Assembly (NCBI GenBank): GCA_000388065.2 | Contig: KB932208.1 | Strand: one strand, 5' to 3' | DNA: 64,000 nt | DNA from: Fonticula alba ATCC 38817 | Lineage: Eukaryota > Protista > Nucleariida | Part shown: piece after piece, positions 23,889-35,409 of the stretch | How positions within the stretch are numbered: the first letter of the stretch is position 1 | Layout of the letters: each line of letters begins with the position of its first letter | Notes under the pieces: generated by a model | Databases searched by the model: none | What the model saw: the letters and a program-made list of their open reading frames with translations, nothing else | Told to the model about the DNA's origin: nothing | Made by a program: the position numbers and the translations under genes

Positions 23889-25320
23889 GCTGCTTGGTGA
23901 GGCGCCGCTGTTGACGGTGACGCCACCGCCGGCGGATGCCGGCCACCCGGCGGCTGACCAGTTGCAGGATCTTCACCGTCCAGAAGACATTCAACACCCG
24001 GGTCAGGGCGCACATGGCCAGCAGCCCCCATGCCCAGTATCGCCGGTCGTCCGGCCACAGCATCAGCCCATGGCCGAAGGCCAGCCGGCAGAGTCGATAG
24101 AAGAACACCGAGCCGATGCCCATGCGGGCAAAGAGGAAGGTCCCGGCGAAGACCCACTCGACCAGGCCGTAGGCGTGTGTCTGCCAGGGGGCATCCGAGA
24201 GGTCCAGGTCGTCCGGCTGCGTGGGATCGGTCTTGCCGGGGCCGGGGCCGGGGCCGGGGCCGGGGCCGGTGTCCCGGGGGCGCGTGGGGTCCGGGGCCCC
24301 GCGGCGACGGGCCCGGCCGGCGGCTGCCGGCCCGGCGGCATCGGACGTCACGCCGGCAGCCGGCTGTGCGGCCGAATCACCAGCCGGCCGGCCCGGCGGC
24401 AGGCTCTTGGCCCGGCTGGCGGCCGCCCCGGGGGCATAGTTGCGCAGGAGGAAGCGCATGTTCAGGAAGGGCGTCGACAGCTCCTCCACCAGGAAGAGAA
24501 AGGGAAAGGGAATGGCCACGCCGGTGAGGGCGCAGAAGGAGAAGGTCGGCGCGATCAGCAAGTGGTGGACCATTTGCGCCGGTGCATAGAGAACCGGCAC
24601 GGCCAGCATGAGCAGGCTGTCTGCCAGGAAGTAGCCCACCGAGAACATGGCCAGCAGGATCATGAAGCGGTCGGCCACACCGGGGTCGGCCCCGGCCACC
24701 GAGGCCAGGCTATCCAGCCAGCGGATGGACCGGACCCCGGGGTCGCCCTCGGTGCCGAAGGCCGCCAGCGGGGCCACCATCAGCATGCGCTCCACCTGGC
24801 GCCCGGAGGGCGCCACAGTCATCAGATCCCGCAGGAAGCCGCTGGTCCGCCCGGCGCCGGTGAACCACACAGCCAGCAGCGCCAGCACGACCACCGCATG
24901 CACGGTGGACATCATGCATTGGGCCTCCTTCCAGGCGTTGTCCAGGAAGGCCCGGCGGGCGGCCCGCGCCTCATTCGACAGGATGTCCGGCTTGGCCCCG
25001 GCCGGGGCGGCCATTCGCGAGGCCGGGGCGGCCAGCGGCCGCTGGCCGACGCCGGCCCACAGGCGCCAGGCCAGGCACACCGCCAGGTGGAAGCCGATCG
25101 ACAGGACCACCACTTGCCGGGCCAGGCCCAACACCAGGCCATACTCCAGCGAGTAGGAGTAGGCCCCATTGACCACTGAGATGAGTGGCGCCGCGGAGGG
25201 ATGCCAGCCGGCCTGCGTGGCGGCCTTGATGGCTGCCAGGGTGCCCGGCTCGCGGGCCGCATACCTGGGCAGGTCGCCGAGCCAGGTCCAGCCCGTGTCG
25301 AGGGCGTCGAGGACGTCCAT
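23836..25320 (-). CDS. TLC (TRAM/LAG1/CLN8) domain multi-pass membrane protein, TLCD/TMEM56-like, 494 aa, single exon
   Basis: Motifs MMSTVHAVVV, FSVGYFLADSLLM, MVHHLLI, FLVEELSTPFLNMRFLL, FAGTFLFARM and LNVFWTVKILQ match TLC-domain hallmarks. ATG at 25320, TAG at 23836. Confidence 0.88.
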
Positions 25321-25355
25321 GTTGGGAGTGCTGCGTGTGCGCTGTTTGTGTCGTG

Positions 25356-25462
25356 TGTGTGAATGTGTGTGTGAATGTGTGAGTGAATGTGTGAGTGAAT
25401 GTGTGAGTGAATGTGCGAGTGAATGTGCAAGTGAATGTGTGAGTGAATGTGTGAGTGAATGT
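25356..25462. repeat. 12-nt tandem repeat (gtgagtgaatgt)n immediately 5' of the TLC start codon
   Basis: About 8-9 near-perfect copies visible, ending roughly 35 nt upstream of the ATG. Confidence 0.85.
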
Positions 25463-27282
25463 GTGGGTGTGTGCGAGTGTGTGCGAGTGCAGACAGGTGG
25501 GGGCGCGAGAGGGGATGGGCTCTGGGGCAGAAGACAGGCGATGGCCTGGTGGGTGCGAAATTCGGGATGGCGCACGACGCAGAAAAAGAGACACCAAAAG
25601 AGACACGCACAAGCACGAGCCAGCAGCCGGGGAGAGGACGAGGGAATGGATGGGGGGAAAACGGCTTCGAGGAGGGGCAGGGGGGGGGGGGGGGGGGGGA
25701 GATGTGAATGGAGGTGTGGCGGCCCTCCGAGGCTGAGTCAGTGCCCAGGCTCATTTTCACAGCGGACGTGCATGCCTCGATGCCGGATTGGGTGGTGGCC
25801 CGGAGCTGGCAGGCCGGTGCCGGATTCCTGCGGCCGTGACACTCCAGGCGACGATCCCCCCGCCGCGAGACGTGTCAGCCCGGCTGCCCGGGCCACTGGG
25901 GGCAGGTGGCCGCGCGGCTGGGCCATCCTGGGCGACTCGCACGATCCGCCGCTCACCACGACGCCCTCCTCCCCACAAAGGGCCGCCGCCAGCGCGCCCT
26001 GCCGCCGGCCGATTCCCGGGCCTCGCCCCTCCAGCCGGAGGACGCTCGAAGTTGCCCCGCCAATCGAGGCTCGGAGACAAGGACGCAGGCGCGGCCGGGG
26101 TGGCTCGGTGCCTGGCACTGCTCGCCGCAAGGGCCGGGGTGGCGGCCCCGACACCATGCAGTCTCTCTCTCTCTCTCTCCCTCTCTCCCCCCCTCGCTGC
26201 CCCTTGCCGCCCGGCCCTCTGTGTGGCGAGGCCCCGGGTGTTGTGCCGGCGAGTGTGGCAGATCGCAAGTTTCACATTCCGCCGGGAGCCTGTGTGCCCA
26301 CCGGGCGCAGGTGTTTACCCGGTGGCTCGGTTCCCGCCCGCTCGCCCCCCCCCCCCTGGACAGGGTCACCGGCCGAGGAGGAGAGACCGAAAAAAGAACA
26401 CGCAGAAGAAGAAGTTGGAGGCACGAGGGCTCGAGCCAACATCCGAGGACACGCGCGTCACCTTTCCATCTAATTGCGGCTAGCTATGCGGCGCCAGCCA
26501 GGGGCCGGAATGGGCACGGCTTTCACGCGGGCTCACCGGTCCATTTGCCCCCCGCCCGGCCTCTCTGCCCTCGCTTGCGTGGTGGCCTTCACCCGGCATG
26601 TCTGGCCTCCCTGGGCGGCCCCTCGCCGACGCAGGCCGTGGTGCACATTCCACACACACACACGCACACACACACGCGGCTGGCGCTCCGGCGGCCGAGT
26701 GCCCGGGCGGGCTTCGCCTCAGGGGGCGGCGTGCTGGCGCGGTGGTGTCGGCGGCAGCCGAGCAGGGAGGACTGGCCAGTGGGAGCCGGGCCACATATGC
26801 CAGGCTCCCGGACGGCCGAGGGGCGCGAGAGGTGCTGCCACAGAAGTGGCCCTTGCCGTCGATCTCGCCCCGGCCCTCGCCAGCCTCTCCAAGGGGCAGA
26901 CCTGTCAAAAATCAGTTGATCTGGCAGACCCATCTGCCTGGCGGGGAGGGCGCGGGGGGACGCGTCCCGGGTGGGGGTCTGCCCTCAATCTCGAGCGGGC
27001 CAGAGGCCCAGCCCCCCCCCCCCCCCCCCCGGAGCCGAGATCGCGGTCCAGCCACGGGACGCGGGGCGTGGGGCAAGGAGGCGTAGGCGCGTCGCGGGAT
27101 GACGCCTCAAGAGGGGGGGGGCCGCGCGGCCCAACGCACGGCCCCGGGCTCCGGAAACAACAGGCGCCCTTTGGGCGACTTCACGAAAAACAAGTCTTGG
27201 CCAGGGGGGGGGGGGGGCGCAGGGGGGGATGGCGAGCCCCATGCAAGGGCCAAAGCCAGTTCCACGCGCAGACATGCAGACG

Positions 27283-27346
<64 letters not shown>
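27283..27346. repeat. (CA)n microsatellite
   Basis: About 60 nt of uninterrupted CA; many shorter CA/GA/GC tracts occur throughout the window, often in introns. Confidence 0.95.
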
Positions 27347-27348
<2 letters not shown>

Positions 27349-27773
27349 AACACCGGTCCCAGGCGACTGGCCGTTCCCGGGCCTTCCGGCCGCACGCCGC
27401 ACCTTTCCCCAGCAAGCGGGCGGGGGCGTGCACACATCATCCGCCCCCCCATGTCCGGCCGCGCCGGCTGGGGCCAGTCGGAATCCAGCACCCGGGAATG
27501 AGGCGGACAAGGGCCTTTTCCGCCATCCTGCCGGGGCCGGCGAACACCGATCTTGCCCCCCTCCCCCCCGGCCCGGGCCCGATCCGGCCCATGATGTGAG
27601 AGGAAGGTGGGACACCTTTCCATGCGCGCGCGCGCGCGCGAATGCGGCGAGCCCCAAAGCCCCCGCGGCTCGCCGCCCCAACGGCCCAGAAAAAGAGGAC
27701 CGCCCCGGGCGGCGGCAATCCCCCTCGACCCCACATTTATTAGGACCCGGTCGGGGCTCAGCAGGCAGTCTGC

Positions 27774-27852
27774 GGTTGGATGGCCGAGTGGTTAAGGCGC
27801 CAGTTTTAGGCACTGGTGGGAAACCGCGTGGGTTCGAACCCCACTCCAGCCA
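27774..27852 (+). tRNA. tRNA-Leu (anticodon UAG), intronless
   Basis: Acceptor stem GGTTGGA/TCCAGCC; D-arm TGGCCGAGTGGTTAAGGC; anticodon arm CCAGT-TTTAGGC-ACTGG; long variable arm; T-arm GTGGG-TTCGAAC-CCCAC; discriminator A; Pol III terminator TTTTT at 27862-27866. Confidence 0.97.
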
Positions 27853-28331
27853 GCGTTGCCCTTTTTGTTGACCGCGGGTCTTGCCGCTGCAGATCCCTCC
27901 AGAACGGGGCACGTGCGACGGCAGCTGGGACACCCAAGAGGGCGCGAGATCCCAACGAACGGCGCCCCCATCCCGCATCACCCCCAACTGATGGGGGAGC
28001 CCGGGACGCCACGGCTGGCCGGGCGCGGTCTGCGGTCTCCAGGCCGCCGGCCCCCCCTCCCGCCCGCTCTGCGGGGGGCCTCCCCGTGCCGCCTGCCTGC
28101 CTGCCTGCCCCTCAGCGCGGGGAAGGGAAGGCGGAAGGCGGGGAAGGCGCGCGGCGGCGCGAGAGAGAGAAGGGCCACCGATGTGCGCGCGGGCGGGGGG
28201 AGGGAACGCCGGCGCCAGCTTCCCCGCCGTAGACCCCGCCTCTCCATCCCCGCTGTCTCGCCCTCTCTTCCCCTCTCCCCAAGGGCGAAGCATCCTTGCT
28301 CCACACCACCTCGCCCCTTTTCTCGCCCCCC

Positions 28332-28536
28332 ATGTCTGCCCTGAACATTCTGCTGGTGGTCGGCGTGGCCACCGTCGGCGCCTTCCTCTCGGAGAGCCTG
28401 TCCTCTGCCTTCATCAACCGGCGCGCCTCGTACAAGGAGGCCACCGCCCTGCTGACCGCGGCGCGTGCGGATGGTGCGCTCTTGTGCCTGGCCTTGCTGC
28501 CGTCTTTTTTTCCCAGCCTCCCGCTCTCCGTGCCCT

Positions 28537-28570
<34 letters not shown>

Positions 28571-29161
28571 GCGCACCTCGCATGCTAACCCCCTTTGCAC
28601 GTAGTGGCCCGCGAGACGGCACACATCGCCCAGCAGGAGGCCGCCGGGGCCGCTGCCACCACGCTGCGCCGGTCGCGCGAGCGCCTCGAGCGTGCGGAGA
28701 AGTCCCGCTCCGATGCCCAGGCCAAGCAGGCCAAGGCCCGCCTGCCGGGCTTCCTCATTTCGATTGTCACCCTCTTCCTCACCTATCGCGTGCTGTCCTT
28801 CATGTATGTCCACATGCGCCTCCCCCGCACACAGCCCTGCCCGCCTGCCAGCGCACCGTCTGACCCCCCCCCCCCCCTGCCGCACCTCAGGTTCAATGAC
28901 ACGGTTGTCGCCGAGCTGCCCTTCGCCGCGCCCGGTCCCATGCGTGCCCTCGGCCATCGGATGCTCTCGGACGCGGTGAAGGAGAGCCTCGGCGAGAAGG
29001 TCGACTATGCGGCCGGTGCCCAGCTCATTTACGCCATGTCGGCCATGGTGATCCGGCCGCTGGCCCAGCGCGCCCTTGGCACCCTCACCCCCCGGTCCAT
29101 GAGTGCCGAGAACACCCTGGCCGGTCTGCTGTCCGGCGGCGCGCCGACCACCTACAAGTAA
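28332..29161 (+). CDS. TMCO1: TMCO1 (EMC3/TMCO1 Oxa1-superfamily ER insertase / Ca2+ load-activated channel); exons 28332-28473, 28605-28803, 28891-29161 (203 aa)
   Basis: Spliced product MSALNILLVVGVATVGAFLSES...RRASYK, coiled coil, then FMFNDTVVAELPFAAPGPMRALGHRML...LIYAMSAMVIRPLAQRALG, which parallels TMCO1 FDGRVVAKLPF...GLSHRNL...FLYILCTMSIRQNIQKILG. Canonical in-frame introns. Confidence 0.9.
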
Positions 29162-29935
29162 AGGGGGCACCGCCCATCCGAGAGGCCCCCCTCCCCTTTC
29201 TGTGCTTCTCCTTGTCCGGTCTTTTTCAGCCTCTTGCCTGGCGTGCCCTTTGAGGCTTTATTCGGGCGATGGACCCCGAGGGAGGGACGACGGGATGACG
29301 GCCGGCTGCCGAGGGCACCTCTGTGGCGCTGTTCACACGCGTGTGCGATGATTCACACGCACACGGAAATACAATGCCCGCCCTTGATCAGACCCTCTGG
29401 ACATGCGGCGTCTGCTTCGTGCTCCCCTCTCCTTCCACTCGGCTGCTGGGGGGTGATGTTGCCCGCGTGTGCGTCCTCCGGACGGGGGGGGGGGGGGGGA
29501 TAGCCCGATGGCAATGGCATACAACACGCGCACGGGGGTACATGCGTGTGTCATTGTCACCACCGAGACACCCCCGACCGGAGCGCGCCCTGTGTATTAT
29601 TATTTCTCTTGGTAATGGGGGGATGTGCGATGGATGGGTGGAGATGAGGAGGCAGAGGGAACAGGGGTGGGAGGCAGAGAGGAGGGGCGGGGCGCGAGGA
29701 AGCAGCAACACCATGCGCATGGCGGGTAGAGCATGCGTAGCCCGCCCGCCCCTCCCCCCTCCCTCAGGGGGATGCACTGTCAAGCATGGGGGATGGGGAG
29801 AGACACTCGGGGAGGATGGTGGCTCATGCTTTGATTGATGGTGGACCCCCTGCTGGGCCAGGGGAGGGAAGCTGGGCGCCGCACGAGCAGACACGCGCAT
29901 GTGCGTGACAGATGGAAGCGCAGGGCGCCGGCCAT

Positions 29936-32243
29936 TTAGTTGCTGGGGGAGGGGAGGGGGGGGGGGGAACACACGTATAGGACGGGATTGCGGGCATGTC
30001 AGAGTGCTGTCGGGGCCGGGGTGAAGGGCGAGGAAAGGGGGCCGAAAGAAGGCAAATCAGCGGGGGGGCGAGGTGCGGAGGGCAAGCTGATCTGCGCACC
30101 GGCGACCATAGGATGAGGCACCGGAACGCGGGGCGCCCGAGCCGCCGCCGGAGCGCGCCCCGCTGGGAGCACCGCCGGTGGTGACCGCCGGGCGGCGATT
30201 GCCACCAGTGACCGAGGCGCCACTGCCAGCCGAGCCAACCCCGGTGGCACTGATCGGCCCGATGCTGACCGACGTGCTGAGGGTGTCGAAGAAGGACTTG
30301 CTGTGGTCGTAGGCAGCCGCCGTGCGGGCGGGCCCCTGCGAGCGGGCCGCCATCTCCGGGCTGATGAAGGCCGCATCGAAGTCGAAGGTACCGTGGGACT
30401 TGGACAGCTGCGGCGCGTGGACCTCCGGCGCGTCGGGCAATGAAGCCACGATGTCCTTGACCGACTGCGGCTGGGCCGCCGCCGCCGCCGCCGCCGCCGA
30501 GGGCTTCTGCTGGGCCGCCGGCCGGGAGGCGGGGGTGCCCTCCAGGGCGGGGCTCTTGCCTTCTGAGGAGGCCTCGGCCTCGGCGGCGGCCGGCTTGGCG
30601 GCAGTGGCAGCGGCCGCGCCGACGGCCGGCTTGGCGGCAGCCGCGCCGGGGCCGGTGCCAGCCGTGGCGGGCGCCGGGCGAACGGCCAGCCCGCCAGCCG
30701 GGCCGGGCGGCAGCGAGACAATGACCGGAGCCCCGCCGGCCGCAGCCGAAGCCAGCTGGCTGGAGGAGACCAGCGGCTGCGAGAGCTTCGGCCGAGCAGG
30801 GCGCACGGCACCGGCCCCGGGGCCAGCCGGCGGCATGGCCGACGGCGGCGTCGGGTGATGCGGATGCCCGGCGTGCGGGTGCCCGCCGGCATGCGGCGGC
30901 GCGAAGCCATACATCGGCGCCATCTGCGGCGGCAACCCGGGCATCGGCACCCCGCCAAAGCCCGGCATGTGGTACTGATGCCCGGCAGAGGCATGGGCCC
31001 CCGGAGGGGTCTGATACATGTAGGGCATCATCGGGTGATGTGGCATGCCGGGATGCTGCTGGGCAGCAGCAGCAGCAGCAGCAGCGGCGGCGGCAGCGGC
31101 GGCGGCGGCGGCGGCGGCAGGCGCGGAGTCGGCGGCGGGCACGCCCGCGCCCGAGGTGGCGGCAGTCGAATCGGCATCCACCTTGGCGGTGCCGGTGGTG
31201 GTCGGGCCGGTGCCGGGCTTGGCAGGGGCGGCACCCGTGGCGGCCGTCTTCGGGGCAGGGGCAGCCATCTTGTAGACGGCCGGGCCCTTGGCCGGGGCAC
31301 CGCCGGCAGCAGCCGGCTCAGCATGCTGCTGCTGGCGTGGCAGGCCCGAGCTCGCGGCAGACGGCTGACGACCGGAGCCATAGGGGGCCTGGCGCTGCGA
31401 GGGGGCGCCGGGGGACCCGGCCGCCGGAGCGGCGCCGGTGGCCGTCTGCGAGTGCTGCGAGTAGGGATGCTGGCGCGAGTAGTGCTGGTTGGCGGTGGGG
31501 CCGGAGCCGGTGGCCCCGGCGGCAGGGGCGCCGGCGCCATCGCGGCGACGCGACCGGCGCGAAGAGTCGGTGCCCGACTGCGCGTCGCCCGCATACGCAT
31601 ACTGCTGGTCCAGGAGGAAGTCCTGGTCGTCGCCGGTCAGCGGGTACTTGGACACCGGCGCCCGGGAGCTGGCCGCCTTGGCGGCGTAGGTCATCGGCTT
31701 GGATGACTCGTTGGAGGCGGCGCGAGCTTCGGCCGGGACTCCGGAGCCCTGCCGGCCGCTGGGGCCCTGCCGGCCGGACTGCTGCCGGGAGGCGGGAGGG
31801 GCGCGCGCAGCCGGGGCCGGCTCGGTGGTGGTGGTGGTGGCGGCGGCGGCGGCGGCAGCTGCCGCGGCCTGTTGCTGCTGGGCAGCCGCGGCGGCGGCGG
31901 CGGCGGCAGCGGCGGCAGCCGCCGCATCGGCCGCAGCCTTCTCGCTGGAGGCCGTGGTCGAGGCCAGGGCAAAGTCATCGAGGGCACTGCCGGGGATGAT
32001 CTCACGGATGTTGGTGTCCGGGAAGTAGAGGCGCTCCACGCTCTTGTCCAGGGGAGGGACCCGGGCGAAGAGATCGCGGCTGAACATGTCGGACATCAGG
32101 GTCTTGTTGTTGAAGAACTGGTTCAGCGGCTCGAAAAGGTCGTTGGAGAGGGTGCTCACTGGGCGTGGGAGAGGGGGGCGGGAAGGGAGGCGAGGCGATG
32201 GCAATCAGTTAATGGGGCCCTGAGGGAGAGCGAGGGGGCAAGA

Positions 32244-32275
<32 letters not shown>

Positions 32276-32457
32276 CGAGCGAGAGAGCGAGCGAGGAGGG
32301 AGAACCAGCGATGCGTACCGTCAGCCAGGCAGAGGGTCCTCGTGGTGTACTCGATCTCGGCCAGGACGCCGTAGAAGAGCAGGTAGCCATCATTGTTGTT
32401 GGTCACCTTGAACTCAGGGTGCCTGGCGAGCAGGACAACCGTGTCACCGACGTTCAT
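29936..32457 (-). CDS. LSM14: LSM14/Scd6/Trailer-hitch-like mRNA decapping activator (LSm domain, long IDR, FDF and FFD motifs); exons 32457-32319, 32158-about 30100, probable micro terminal exon 29942-29936
   Basis: N-terminal Sm-like fold VGDTVVLL...FYGVLAEIEYTTRTLCLADV...YFPDTNIREI; Ala/Gln/Pro-rich IDR; HGTFDFDAAF (FDF) and AYDHSKSFFDTLS (FFD box). The 3' end is uncertain: read-through stop at 30057 versus spliced ...GRRN* at 29936. Confidence 0.75.
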
Positions 32458-34022
32458 GGTTCCAGGGGGGGCGGAGGGTCTCTCTCTCTCTCTGGCGGAA
32501 GAGGGGGTGGCCCGGGGCGCGCGCGCGTGCGTGTTGAGGGGGGAAGGGGAACCGGGAGAGTGGCTGGGGAGCGGCTGGGAGGGGGGCAAGGGGGTCAGCA
32601 GGCGGCGAGGCCGGTGCCGCACCCCCTAACAGGGGCGGCATCATCGCGAAAGGAGCGTCGCGGGAGGCAGTCGCATGAAGATACCTCTCTGGGGGAGTGG
32701 GGGGGAGGGGGGGGAAGGGGGGGAGGGAGCGTGCGGAGCGCGTGCGGGGCGAGCAGGGTGCGGGCAGGCAGAAGGGGACAGAGGTTGGCCAGGCTCGAAT
32801 CCGCGGCCCCCCATTGCGCGGCCCCTTATCCGTGGGTGGCGCGTCGGCGCATGCGCCCGCACTCGGGCGGGTGCGCCCGGGCCCGGCCACCGCCGGGGCC
32901 TCGCCTCCCACGGTGCGAGGGCGCAGACCCAGCTCATGCGAGGCGTTGCATCACCCGCGCCGCCTGTGCGTGGCCTCGTCCGGTGAGGGATATGTGTCAT
33001 TAGCGCCCGCTCATCCCCCGGGGAGTGGGGGGCGGGGGCGGGCGGGGCGGCGGGCGGCGGGAGAGCCCGATTTTCCGGGCAACCGACCGGCCGCCGTTGC
33101 GACACCCACACACGAGCGAGCAGGCGGGAGCGCGTCGTGGACCTCCCCGCCCAGGGCCGGCCTGGCCCTGGGTCAAGGGGAAGGACAAGCACGAAGAACA
33201 CGGACCTGCTCGGCCCCCAGCCCAGAGCAGCCTCCCTGTTCTCGCCCCCCCCCCCCCCCCGCCCCCCCCCCCCCCACCCCAGGGGCGTGGAGCCCAGACC
33301 AGACCACTGCGCTCGTAACTGGGGTGGACATCTCCAGACACGACCAGCACAGTCCGTGTATGGGCATATGTCCGGGGGAGGGGTGGCGGGGGGGCGGGGG
33401 GCGTGTGACCGTTTTTTGCTGGCGTACTCGCTAGACGGCCTGCCCGAGAGCGCGCATCGGCCCGGGGGGACCGGGAGACTTTCGGCGCACGCGCATTCCC
33501 CCAACCTTGCATGACAGAAACTCACACAACAGCCGGCGGGGGGGGGGGGGGGGGCCAGCCATACCGCCCCCCACCCAGATGAGGGCCGTTGAGCGGGGCC
33601 CGCGCGCCGCGGTCTGGCTTGTTTGCATCCCGAGGGACCTCTGCCCGGTCGGCCTTGGCACCACCGGGCGGAGGTTGCTTCTTCCCAGCCTGCAGCTCCA
33701 GGGCCCGGGGAGGCGCCTCCCTCCGCGCGCGCGCGCGCGCGCGCGCACGCCAAAAGTCCCAGCATTGAGTCATAAAAAAAGGGACAAATATGGCAGAGCA
33801 AGGGCGCGTAGAAGAGGACGCCCGGGCCCAAGGGTGGTCCTGTTCGTTCCGACACACCGCACTGACTCAAGAACGGAATTTCAAAGATCGGCCAGCCGCT
33901 CTCCCATCCCAGACAGCCGGTCCAGATCCGCACACATGACCGTCGTGACTCGCGGTGGTATCACGCCGGGGGCCTTCTCATAACAATTGTTTTCGCCCAA
34001 GTCCGGGACTCGCGCAGAGGCG

Positions 34023-34078
<56 letters not shown>

Positions 34079-34429
34079 GGCCTCCCTCACTGGTCTGTTG
34101 GCAGACGAGGGAGATACGCGGGCGGAGGGGGGAGCGGTGCGTAGCGGGGGGGGGGGCGTGTCTCTCCCCCCTCCTCGCCCACCGGAGGCGAGGCCCGGGT
34201 CCGGGTGGATCTTGCAGATGCCGGGAGGAAGCTTCATCAGCCACCAAAGCCCGCAGAGTACCCCCCTTCGCGCTGATCATGCCATGCAGCGTCTCCTCCT
34301 CCCCTGCTCCCCCCCCACACCTGCGCACATCCGCCGGCCTTGCCCTGCCTCCCTCGCCTCCTCCCCTCGGCCCCCCTCTCTTTCTCTTTCTCTCTTTCTC
34401 TCTCTCTCTCTCTCCCTTCGCACCACATC

Positions 34430-35409
34430 ATGGACCGGGCTGTCCTCTTCCCCGGGCCCCGGCCGCCGACCGAGATTGTCTTGGCGGCCCCGGCGCTGCG
34501 TAAGCTCCAGGCAGACCAGTCCAAGTGGCTGGTGGACCGTACGTTCGGTTTATTCCTTCTGCTCTCGCTCCCTTTTTCTTCGCTCTCTCTCTCTCTCTCT
34601 CTCTCTCCCCTCTCTTGGACTTTCTCTGCCTCTTTCCCTTTGCCCTCGCCGTCTTGCTTTGCCCCTCCCGGCCGTTGTCCATGTGCGCACCTCCACTCAC
34701 CAAGCCTCATCGCCCTGCCCACCGGCCGGCCCCCGCAGTCGTGGCCAGCTACCTCACGGAGTCCGTCACCAAGACCCAGCTGCTGGCGCAGCTTGCCGCC
34801 AGCCCCTTCGAGGGGGCCCTCACGCAGCAGCAGCTGCTCGGGCTGTTTGCCGCCACGCGGGCCATCCTACTGGCGGCCAGCCGGCGCCTCGGGGACAATG
34901 TCCCGCCGGCCATCATCCTGTCCGAGTGGTGCATCGACCCGCCCGGGGTCAAGCCCGCCAGTGGGGCCATCCTCGGTGTGGGTGTCGGTGGCGATGTGCG
35001 CATTGGTCGGCCATTTGCCGAGGCGGTGCTGGTGGCCCTGCCCCGGGTGCGTGCCCATGCCCAGTCGGCGGCTACCCTGCACGCGGTCGGTCCGCGCTTG
35101 CAGGGGGCCACTCCGGGCACCGGCAGCCATGCCCCGCTCAGCCCGCCGGAGCACCTGCCCCGGCTGCGGTCACTGAAGTGGCGCACAGACATCGCCATCT
35201 CCACCGGGACCCTGTCGCGTGCCATGCACCCGACTCTGCTGCTGAGGTTTACCCTGTCCGATGGCCGGATCATCCAGGCTGCCATGCCGGTGGGTGGCAT
35301 CGGTCCCGAGGCCAATGCCGTGTGGAACCGCCTTCGCCAGAGTGTAGCCATGGCCGTGTACCGGACGTCCTGCGTCCGGGACCACCCGGTTCTGGCCATT
35401 CGCGACTAA
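34430..35409 (+). CDS. COMMD5: COMM domain protein, COMMD5-like (Commander complex); exons 34430-34538, 34739-35409 (259 aa)
   Basis: C-terminal LPRLRSLKWRTDIAISTGTLSRAMHPTLLLRFTLSDG...RLRQSVAM matches the COMMD5 signature LPHVADFRWRVDVAISTSALARSLQPSVLMQLKLSDG...ELRYSVAL. In-frame GTACGT...CAG intron. Confidence 0.88.

Noticed and set aside
23725-25179. 484-aa + strand ORF
   Set aside because: Antisense to the TLC-domain gene.
33770-34020. Lower-GC stretch with GAGAAGGCCCCCGG and a T-run, considered as RNase P/MRP or another Pol III RNA
   Set aside because: No matching CR-V/P4 partner found. It lies between divergent LSM14 and COMMD5 starts and contains TGACTCA-like motifs, so it is more likely promoter sequence.
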